Of a stretch of 64,000 bases of DNA, positions 54,227-64,000 are shown piece after piece. The notes under the pieces were generated by a model. It had not been told where the DNA came from and searched no databases. It was given only the letters and a program-made list of their open reading frames with translations. The DNA is taken from contig CM052816.1 of NCBI GenBank assembly GCA_028534125.1, positions 50,160,001 to 50,224,000 of the forward strand, read 5' to 3'. The position numbers and the translations under genes were made by a program. The stretch comes from Lama glama. Its lineage: Eukaryota. How positions within the stretch are numbered: position 1 is the stretch's first letter; each line of letters opens with the position of its first letter.

Positions 54227-56079
54227 AATTTCTAATTCAAGCTTTCTATTAGTGTTTTCTTCCTGGTGTCATATCACTAATAGTAAAAAGAAAAGTATTT
54301 AAAGCTCTTGGATTTGAAAATTATAACTGGGGTTGCCATTATAGCTGTGTACAACTTTATGCTTACAGTAAATTGTCCCATAACTTAATGCTATGTGCTT
54401 TGAATCACTACTTAGAAATATGTTTTATCTCCTACGTGAAACAGTCAGCTTCTGGAAGGCAGAGCCAGTATCGTATTCAACTTACTAATTCCCACAATAT
54501 TTCCACAGTGCCAGCTTCAGACTAGACCCTTGAGGGAGGTTTGTGTACAAAATGCATGACCAATGCTTCCATTTTCTATTCAGAAACACACTCTGAAGAC
54601 AAATGTCAACAGTCTTTTAAAATATGGGCGAGTATGCTAATTAACACCTGAAATACATTTGATATTTACTGTGACTCAATTGTATCAGATGTTTATCAAT
54701 ATCCAGTGTCAGTAACAGTATCAGAGGAGAAGGTGTAACCCTGACCAGAAATGGGTCTTCTGCATCCTAATTTCGAATCCAAGACAGATAGTCAAAAGTC
54801 TAACTCTTTGTGCCATACTTCATCCTTATAAAAGTGTCTTTTTTTTTTTTTGAGGGAAGAGGGAAAACAGTCCTTCATCTGTAAAGCAAATATACTCATC
54901 ACTTTCCCAAGTAAGGCCGCCCCTAACAAGGTTAAGGAAGGAAGCCAGTGCATTAAAAGTATAAGGGAAAGATCAGCCATGTTTTAAATATATTTGCATG
55001 AATATGTTTAAATAAATTGCCAACATTTAAAATTTGAGTCTTCACACTAAGTCTTAGATCTCTGACTTCTTTTGGAAAATCAGATCTAACAGCTCTAGGT
55101 TCATATTCTAGCTGGTCAATCATCAGTACTAAGCAAGCATCAGCCTTTGGCCTTAGCTCTGTGCACTCAAGGTTATCACTGGCCCCACTTGGCCTCTTGT
55201 CCACTTCCACTCCATGTCTGTTTCCTGAAGTCACTGGAGTTTTCAACTCAAATGCCCAAAGTTCTGGCTTCAGACCTACATTTTCATTGCTTCTTCCTTT
55301 AGAGTCCATGGGCATTCATTCTATTTCTCTAATTTTCATAAGTCTATGCCCATGTTCATGGTTGTTACACACACTATTTGCCTTCTCTGAGTTTACAAAA
55401 TAAGAAACTTTCTGAAATTTCTTTCTATTTTAAGCACCACTCTGATCCCTATTTCTATTCTTCTGCTCTTCTGTGGCTGTCTTGTAAGCATTATCTGTTA
55501 GTGATAACAAGTCTGTCTGCATAGAAAGACCTGGGCCATATGAGAGCTAGTGCCTATATTTAGTCTTCTGTTCCAGTGAAGTCAATGAGAAGAGGAAAAG
55601 GCCATTGAATAATCAAGTCACAGCTGACTCAGGCTGTTTAATTGCCTAGGAGACACAAGAGACAAGGTCAACAGGACCTTGAGAAATGTCTATCCATGAG
55701 AAATGTCTGCAGAGGGGATTAAGGGTCATGCAAGATTGGTTGCCTCCGAGAAAGAGAGAGCCAAGCTTCTAATAAACAGATATTTAGTATTCTCTCTTGA
55801 TTTGGGGGAAGCTCCACTGAGCAAAGGGTGACTTAAGGATGCAGACACAATGGTATGTCTTAGAGTTTTCGAATTAGTTACCCTAGACAATCAAAGGTCT
55901 AGGATACCTCATCCACAAACTGGATGTAAAGAGCCTTGTCCCTTGCTACTGGGTACTTTCTCAAAAGAGGAATCTCTGAAATGCAGAATGAGATATCATG
56001 GTTTAAACATGAAGGGTCATGAATTTACTTCACAGGAATAGTGGCACCATGTGAATTTATCACCTACCTATGACTGGAT

Positions 56080-57520
56080 TCCTGGACCTGGACATGGCTA
56101 AGCTTTCTCATGTCATTGCTCCTTAACACTACTCTGCTCTCTGCCTGGTGAACCCCTTCATCCTTGATCTAAAGCACATGGCACTCTCCATTCCCTTCCT
56201 CATGCTCTAGTTTTATCATGGCACATTGTATATGTATAATTGGGAATAGTCTTTCTCTGCCCACCATAATATGAGCTCCAGGAAGGCAGTCTGTGATGTT
56301 TTGGTCACTGCTGTATCTACAATGTCCCGGACACCCAGCAAATATTTGTTGAATAAATGAATATGCCCATTTTGTATGTAAGTAGATGCATTCTATATAC
56401 ACTGTTTGGTACACGACTTTCTTCGCTTAAAGTACAGTATATCTCAGAGAATGCTCAGCTAATATAGTTTGTCTGTGTTGTTTTTAACAACTGCATAGAT
56501 CCCCCCTACGTGAATGTAGCATCTTTTATTTCACCAGTTCCTGTGATTAGCCTTTAAAGTGTTTCCAAAGTTTTCCTATTGGAAATAAGCTGCAAAGGGC
56601 ATCCTTGTCCATTTCTCTTGGATGACATTTGTACCAATATCTATATGACAATATCTTAAAGAGGAATTGCTAGGTCAAAAGGTATATACATTTAAAAATT
56701 TTTTGATAGCTATTACCAAATTACTTTCTAAAGAAAATAAATCTGTTCACATATAGAAGAGATCCACTTTCCCCACAACCAAGCCAACCCAAACTTTCAT
56801 CAAACTTTTTTATCTTTACTGCTCTGACTGATGAAAAGATGGTGCAACATTTTATCATTGTTTTAATTACTATTTCTTTCATTATGAATGAGGCCAACCA
56901 ACCTTTCATATGATTTTAAAACATTTATATTTCTCTTTCTGCCATCTGTCTGCACAAAACATTTGCCAATTTTTCTTTTTGATAGATTGTGGTCTTTTTT
57001 TTTTTTTTTGTAAAAGTTCTTGGTGTATCAAAATAGTTGTTAGCACTTTATCTCTCACACATTGCTGATATTTTCCAGATATGTTATTTGTTTTTGTGTA
57101 AATAATTTAATTGTCATTTAGTCAGGGTTATAAGTCTTTTCTACTATGGCTTCCGGGTTTTATCTTTTCCTTAAAACAGGTTTCCCTACTCCTAACTTAT
57201 TATGTTAAAAATCTCATAATTTGCTCTAGTTATTTTTCAAATGTAACTCCCTATATTTCCTATTACAGCTATCTTAACTTTATTTTAGGACAAGAAATCA
57301 GGTAAAGATTGACTAATACTCTGAGTGGACTTGACTTGTTGTTTTCAATAGAATGAAGTCTATTTATCATATACACAAGTCATGTCTTCATTTCCACTGA
57401 ATTTCCATGTTCATTTGAGTCTATTTCTGGACTCTGTCTTCTGTTCAGTGAAACTAGATGATTCTTAAAACAGTATGCCTCTCTCTAACTCATGTTATAC
57501 GTTTAGCAGGAAATACATGA
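56080..57520. mobile_element. L2 3' end (plus, to ~56362) followed by an old L1 fragment (minus)
   Basis: L2 tail gagctccaggaaggcag...aatatttgttgaataaatgaat. L1 segment ggaattgctaggtcaaaaggtatatacattt...cattgttttaatt. Confidence 0.7.
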
Positions 57521-59959
57521 TTTGGGTAATGCTGTTATTATTATAGAATTAGATCAATATGAGCACCAGGGACATAGCTTAACACCATTTATTTGTGTAG
57601 TTTTCCTTTATCAAAGCCCTTCCACAGGTATTCACTCCTTTGATGTTTATTACTGCATACCCATTTAAAAGATTTTGGCACCAAATGTCTAAAAGTTTTG
57701 TCTTAACCTGGTTTTCTCAGCTAATCAGTGCAACTCGAGCAATTCAAAGCCTAGCACTCATTCCACTGCACTGCAGGTAACATCAACTCGGTAATTTAAC
57801 AATAGAAAGATGATAACTTATCTATTATGTGTTTATTATAAATTATGTAATGTCATTTTATAGACGTAAACACCTCTTAAAATTCCTAGAAGAATGAGGT
57901 AGGATGTCTATAGATACAGAAAAAATGTAAATTTAAACACAGACCTGCACTTAAACCCTTTTAAAGATGATACATCTATTCGGAAGTTTCAGGAAACATG
58001 ACCAACAAACACATTACATAAAGAAAGATGCTTTGCACTGACCACTGAAATAGAACTGCCCCTGGCACATTCAGTGAGAAGAACTTGGCAGTCAAAAAAA
58101 CCCTGCAAAAATATATACATAATAAACGTATAAATGTATACATATGTAGTTAACCATGTCTAGGCTACCGGAGGAAATTGGCAAAAGTTCATTAATCAAA
58201 GTGGAGCTTAGCCAAGACATTTAGCCCTACTTCTCCTTGTTCTGATTCCAAATCAGAGAGAGTGCGGGCCTTGTGTTTTCTGGTAAAGTACAGACCTATG
58301 CAGCAATCAGCATGTTTTCTCATACCAGGGCGAGTAACCCTCAACAATGAGTGTTTGTGAGTCCTAACTGCTTTCTCTAGGTGGGTGGTGGAATACTAGC
58401 CTACTACAGTCATTCATTCTTTTCCTCAAAAGAACCATGTGTCTTGAGTAGTTCTGTTCAGTCACAAGGCAATACCCCATTTTAAATACAGTGTCTAGTA
58501 ATGTTTGCCCATGAAAAAAGTCAACAGAAATGTTTAAACTGCACTGAAAAAAGGAAAACTTGGTTATACAGCTGTTGGGAGACAGTGTTGGTTGCTCTTT
58601 CGACTCTTAAAGTCTCTAATGTTCACCTACTGGCAATTATTAACCACAAAGTACTTAAGCATAGTAATGTGAGGAAAGAAAGAGCAACGACTCTATCTTT
58701 AACATTAATCATATTCAGCCTTAAATTAACTTTTTAGGTCCTTTCCAAACAATTTGCAAGGGTGCAGATATAGGTATCTTAGGATATCAGAGGTATTTCC
58801 TTCCAGTTTGTAATCACAGAGAAAAAGAAGAAACCTACATCTGTAAACTTATTAATCTAAGGGGATTTTTTTCAAACTTTATTTTTAAAAGCAGGAAATA
58901 CAATTTAGGGATAACTTTAAATTTCTTTTTTTACTTAGTAAGAAAAAACAAAACTTTGAATTCTTCCACAAATCTTTGACGACTGTCCTGATTCTCATCC
59001 CTCTTCCCACCACCCACAAGGAGATTAAGGACTGTGGACTTCCTGCTGGAGGAAGTAATTGCTTAACCACTTTGGAATCCATGGAACCCTTGGCAGTATT
59101 AGTTGGGACAGGCACATACAATTGTAAAAATTTTCCTTTCTTTACATAGAGCTCAGAACTGTAAGTCAGTCTCTGAGAACTTCTGCTTGATAGGCTCTCA
59201 CAATGCAAGTTACATAGTCCCCAAGCTGGAACAGATTTTTATCTCAGAAAATTAGTTGTTGCTTCCATTGGTGCCTTCCTATTTATATATTAAACTCACA
59301 ACATCCTATTTTAGGTCTTTATATGAATATTTTCCCTATAGATTTGGCACAATTGCTAAGCAGTGCTTAAAAGAATTTGGGTCACAGCTTTCAGAGGGAG
59401 TCAAAAAGAAAGGGAAAGTGAATCAATTAGATGTCAGAACTGGAGATGGACTAGATCATTAAAATTGTTCTTCCAAGATAAAGTGAAGTAAGAGAGTCTC
59501 AATGCAGCTCTAAGTGGCAGCGTCTACTCTGTGCGACATTCCCCCAAGCCACTCGCTCAGTCATTTCATAAATATGAGCTGAGCTCCCACTGTGGGCCGG
59601 GACGGAGCTACAGCTCCTGATGCAAAGAGACCTGAGTTACACCCACAGCCCCTAAGGTTTGTACTCATGGAATTCTATCAGTCCTCTCAATGGCAATTGT
59701 TTGCCATACTAAGCGAACTCTTTATGACAGTCTGGAATGTGATTATCCTGTCATTGACTAAAAATGATCTTTAAATCGACATGAACATATTTAAAAAGTC
59801 AATATATGCAACACAGGATAAACTCGTCTCATATTTCTGCCGAAAAAGTTTGCTTGGAGTAAATCTTTACTTTTTTCCTGTCGCAAGGCAAAACCTCCTC
59901 CTAGCACTCCCAAGAAGCAAGAAAAAAACATTCAAAAGATCTTTTAATAAGAGTGTTTA

Positions 59960-60480
59960 GCGCCGTCTAGATAGAAGTCGGGTGGTCTCCTGCAGCCGCT
60001 CGCAGCCTAAACGCGGGGTGCACGGCCGCTCCTTTTCTCTCCCTGCCCCGCCCGGGGCCCGGGGAAAAGCAGCAAAGCCACGCCCCCACTGGCCTCTGGG
60101 CGGGGACCCAGGAGGCGCCCCGCCAGCCTCCGCGCTGAGCGACTGCCGGGCCAGCAGTGCCGCTGTCTCCGAGCCCAAGGAGTCACACCCGTCTAGGGCC
60201 GGGAGCTTAAGTCCCAGCCCACGTGGCGGCGGCTGGTGAACCCCGGCCCTGCGGGAAGCGCCCGGGAGGGTTCTTAACCTCCGCGCGGGCTGAGCGACTA
60301 GAGAGAATTCTCCAGCCCCAGCCGCTCTAAGCGGCTGGTCCCCCGCCTTCCTCCTCTCCCAGCACGCCGCTTCAGTAGCGTTTGCTATCATTCTTAGGAT
60401 TAAAACAATGGCTTTAAACGAGACGCAAAATTCAGTCCAAAAATCTTGAAACGAACCCAGCGGGTCTGCCCCCCGGCTGT
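59960..60480. promoter_or_regulatory. Second CpG-rich island in intron 1
   Basis: A dense CpG/GC block about 2.5 kb into intron 1. Confidence 0.75.
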
Positions 60481-62331
60481 TTGCGTGCATGTGACCCATT
60501 TTTATTCCTTTCTTCTTTCCTCTCCCCACTGTCGCTTTCCTTCACTTCTCTCTTTTTTTTTTTTCCTCCCGGCACCCTCCTCCCAAATTTCCACGTTCGA
60601 GGAGTGTCGTGAAATAGAGGACATTTAAACGTTACACTGGGGGCCCTTTTTAGGCAATACTCTGGGGCGGGGCCCTAGCATTGGGTTCCAGCAGTCATGA
60701 GCCTTAGTAAAATTTCCGAAAGTAAGGCACTCTCTATGGTCTTTCTTAAAGTGACGCCCAAGATTGAGCACCAACGCCGCCCGAAACCTGGATCCTCCCC
60801 TGGGCAAGTGTGTTAGACCATCAAACTGCAGACTCGGCCCAGAGTGCCTCGCACATCCCGGCTGACTTGGGAAAAAGCGCTTCTGCCCTTTGCAAAGACA
60901 AGTCTCCTTTCTGGGTCCTCCAAACGCCTAGATTTACGCCGCAGATTCCGAAGTAGAAAACAAGTAAAGGGTAAGCTAGGGTCCTCTATCCTTGAATACA
61001 CGATTGTAAAAGTAGCTCCTTTGGTTTGGGGGGCATGGTTTTCTTCCACCTGTGCTGGATTTCTCCATCAGGGGGCGCCCACACCCACCACAAAACTCCC
61101 TATTCCTAGACATCTGGGTTCTGCAAGCTCAAAGCACTCCAACTGGGGGCAGATCCGAAGGAGCGCACCGCCTCCCTCGCTCCTCCCTTCTTGTCTGCCT
61201 CGGCGGACAGGGAAGGCAAGGAAGGCAGGGATTTCACACTAGCCATTCATTTGTCAGCCGTGGGGGAGGGGACTCAAGAGAGAAAGGAACCGAGCAGAGG
61301 CTGAGAGAGGGAAAGGGAGGCAGAGAAGATGGAGACAGAGAGGAGAGACAAAGATGAGAAACGGGACACAGAGAGTGAGGCTGTCCTTCCGCCTGTGGGT
61401 GTGCACACCGCGGGGCAGCTCTCCAGGCGCCGCATAGATTTCTCTTCCCTCCTGTAGCATCTCCCGGAGACATGCAGGACTTGCTGAGGCGCAGCTGGAT
61501 CCGAGAGCAAGTAGTTTCAGCTATGACACTATTATTCTACCTCGCTCTTCGCTGCCTAACACACTGACCGCTCCACGCCCAGTGACACAGAGTGAGCTGG
61601 GACAACTCTAATACCCTCTAGCCCGCACGCACCAGGGATGTCGCTCGGGGGCATCCACGCCTCCGCAAGGCAGTGGGGAGCTTCAGCCGAGGGCGTCCCC
61701 CAGTGCTGCCAGCACTCGGTCTCCCCCGCCGCGCGACCCGCCAGTAAAGTTGCTCAACTAGGGCCGCGAGCCGGGAGGGGGTGGGGAAATGGAAGGAAAA
61801 GGAAGACTGCTGTAGTCCGGGAGAGAGGGCTGGTCCTAGAGGTCCCAGATTCGGGTCCCCGCGCCACCTTTGTCTGAAGAGCACTCTGAGAACTGGTTTG
61901 CTCGTTGAGGCGGGAGCGAAAACCACTTCGCTCCTCAGGGTGAGAGAAAATTCCTGCACATCCCTGCTGGTTCGGGGCAAGCTTTTCCCGCCCTGGCGCC
62001 TAGCAGACCTCCGCGGCGCTCCAACAACCCCACCCCCATCCCCTGCTCCCTACCGGCCGGCTGCGGCGCACCGCGCGCTGGACAAAAGAACCCAGGGGCA
62101 CAGGAGAGAGCCTTGACAGCCCCTAAGTCGCCAAAGACACGCGGCCCGGGGACCCTGTACCTCCCCCGACTGGACCTCCTCCCCGACCGCCTGAGGGCTG
62201 AAGGGGTCACGTCCGCGCAGGTCCGGGATCGCCCTGTCAGGAGCTGCCCGGGAGCAGCTTTCCAGGAACGCCGGGCACTGACCACACACCAGGGGCCGGG
62301 AACCAGGTGGCCTGCACCAAGGCGGCTCGGG

Positions 62332-62353
62332 AAACTTGTATGTGGGCAAGTCT
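62332..62353. promoter_or_regulatory. p53 response element-like site in intron 1
   Basis: AAACTTGTAT-gt-GGGCAAGTCT is two RRRCWWGYYY half-sites (1 and 0 mismatches) with a 2-bp spacer, about 0.7 kb downstream of the TSS. Human VCAN has a known intron-1 p53 site. Confidence 0.55.
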
Positions 62354-62785
62354 CCGGAGTCCCCATTCAAACTTTTGCCTCGAGCAGGCTAACAACAACA
62401 AAAAACCAAGGTGCCCCGCGTCCCTCCTCCCTCTCCAGCTCAAGACCCCGAGACGTTTCTAGGGGTTCTGTGCATTCCCTTCCCTCCCTTCCCCCGTTCC
62501 ATTTGTCCTTCTACCCCCACCCCATCCCAGTCTTCTTTTGTCTGGATCTTTTTCAGCACCAAGGTCCTCTGTATTTCTCTCTCCAAACGTCCTTCTGAAA
62601 GTTACCTACATTTTTAAAGTGCATATATTTTCTTAACTTCTCCTCAGAGCTAGTTATTTTTTGCCTTAATTAAAGCCTTCTACCAATTACAATGTACTTT
62701 TTCCCCCCTAAACTCGCTTTTTTTTTCTGTAAGTTTTTCTTTTTCTTTTCTTTTTTTAAAGGGGGAACAAAAGAAACATGATTAC

Positions 62786-63055
62786 CTTGAAAGGCGGCTT
62801 ACTGCAGTTTGGGGGAAAAATTCACCTCAGCGCTGCGCGAATGGGTTCGGCGTTGGCGGGGCGGGTCACATAGGAAGCGCGGCGGTCTGGGGAAGGGTGC
62901 GGAGGGTGCGGGATGGTGCTGGAGGACGCGGGGCTGACCGCAGATTCGGGTCCCAGCGCCTGTCCACCGCACCTAATATTCGCGGCTGTTGCGCCCGCCC
63001 GCCTGGAGTTCTTCCCCAGAAAGGCTCGGGGCAGCTCGCCTGCAAGTTCAAATGC
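62786..63055 (-). other. VCAN: VCAN exon 1 (non-coding 5'UTR); TSS approximate
   Basis: The minus strand reads GCATTTGAACTTGCAGGCGAGCTGCCCCGAGCC...CCAAACTGCAGTAAGCCGCCTTTCAAG|gtaatc, matching the versican 5'UTR as I recall it. It lies in a CpG island just downstream of a TATA-like box. The donor is at 62786/62785 and the 5' end is estimated. Confidence 0.85.
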
Positions 63056-63075
63056 GGGTTGTGACACCCATCATC

Positions 63076-63083
63076 ATTATATC
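63076..63083 (-). promoter_or_regulatory. TATA-like box (GATATAAT)
   Basis: It lies about 20-30 nt upstream of the inferred start of exon 1. The VCAN promoter is known to contain a TATA box. Confidence 0.7.
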
Positions 63084-63116
63084 ACTGTACCGTCAGCACC
63101 GAGGAGGAGACTCAGC

Positions 63117-63144
63117 GAGGAGGAGGAGGAGGAAGAGGAGGAGG
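63117..63144. repeat. Interrupted (GAG)n/(CTC)n polypurine tract in the proximal promoter
   Basis: gaggaggaggaggaggaagaggaggagg lies about 35-60 bp upstream of the TATA-like box. Confidence 0.9.
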
Positions 63145-63218
63145 GTTCATTCACAGTCTCCTGAAGCGCTCCGCAGCTTCAGCCACTCCTAAAAGCCCAG
63201 GCTTGGAAAGCAGGCAGA

Positions 63219-63319
63219 GGGGCGGAAAGGCAGCTCCCCGCGTCTGCGGTAGGGACCGCCTGCCTCCCTCCCCAGGCACTCCCACCTCTCGGCGTTTCTT
63301 CCTGACAAGAAGTACCAAT
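63219..63319. promoter_or_regulatory. Proximal promoter GC box (GGGGCGG 63219-63225) and CCAAT box (63315-63319)
   Basis: Motif matches about 165 and 260 bp upstream of exon 1. Confidence 0.5.
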
Positions 63320-63541
63320 CGGCTTGGGGACAGCCGCGCTCCCCATTCAGCGACTCACTGAGCAACATCGCGCTGTGCGCAGGGAAACCACTGCCCGTCC
63401 ACCCCTCCCCCCCACTTCCCCGCCCCCCCGGCTGCCAGTTCTGGGTTAGGGGAAAGGAGCCCCCAGGCTCTTGTGGGGCAGGCCAGCACTAGACAATTGA
63501 GTATCGTCAGCTCTTCTTGGGGGCAAACGAAACTCTGTAAA

Positions 63542-63553
63542 ATCAGCAAAGAA
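63542..63553 (-). promoter_or_regulatory. TCF/LEF-type element TTCTTTGCTGAT
   Basis: It has a CTTTG core about 490 bp upstream of the TSS. Sequence and position match the human VCAN -492 TCF site as I recall it. Confidence 0.55.
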
Positions 63554-64000
63554 CTTGGTTACAGCCTGTTCACGCGGCCACCGAGCCTGCCTGTCCCATC
63601 TGAAGGCACTGTCAGGCTCCTGGCTTCTGCCAACCTGAAAGAATCACTGAGAAAACGAGATCCTTCTGAGACCTAGAAGGAAAGTTTAAGAATTCCCCAC
63701 TGCCTTCCTGAGGAACTGCCCAATGGGGAGCCCAACGTCACTGCGCAATCTACAAAGACCCTTGTAATAAAGGGCTGGACAGGAAATTCCCCGAAGCAAA
63801 TCCCTCCTCGGATTCAGACAGATCCTTTTCCCCTGCCACAAACCTACAGAAGTCTGGATTGTGCTTTCTTCCTTCTTTCTTTCCCTCAACCTTTCAAAGT
63901 GTCCCTCACAGGAGAACATTTAATGCTTTTTCTGAGTAACAAATTCCTTGGACGGATCAATCACCTTCCTTGTGGTCAGGAAATAACCTTTCATGAGTTG

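Larger units (their letters stand above)
61240..63470. promoter_or_regulatory. CpG island spanning promoter, exon 1 and 5' intron 1
   Basis: Visibly high GC and CpG density against an AT-rich, CpG-poor background. Boundaries were judged by eye. Confidence 0.85.

Noticed and set aside
59957..63919. Many 60-190 aa ORFs on both strands
   Set aside because: They are expected in GC-rich CpG-island sequence depleted of stop codons. They have low-complexity Arg/Pro/Gly/Ala composition and no recognisable domains.

Overview
This is mammalian genomic DNA containing the 5' part of the versican gene (VCAN) on the minus strand. It includes the CpG-island/TATA promoter (~63.05-63.6 kb), non-coding exon 1, signal-peptide exon 2 (missed by the ORF track), Ig-domain exon 3, Link-module exons 4-6 and the 2991-bp GAG-alpha exon 7. 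All junctions are canonical GT-AG and in frame. The remaining 17.4 kb is intron 7, and GAG-beta exon 8 is not in the window. A vic-1-like tRNA-derived SINE points to a camelid host (inference). Introns carry ordinary ancient repeats (MIR, L2, L1, MER, MLT) and microsatellites. I found no convincing new multi-gene system. The best leads are read-through/intronic-polyadenylation ends after exons 6 and 7, a possible decayed extra exon in intron 7, an AUG-UGA start-stop element in the 5'UTR, altered TCF and p53 elements, a 105-bp non-TE duplication, a 21/42-bp higher-order minisatellite and a perfect 33-bp palindrome. All cross-species comparisons are from memory and need alignment to confirm.
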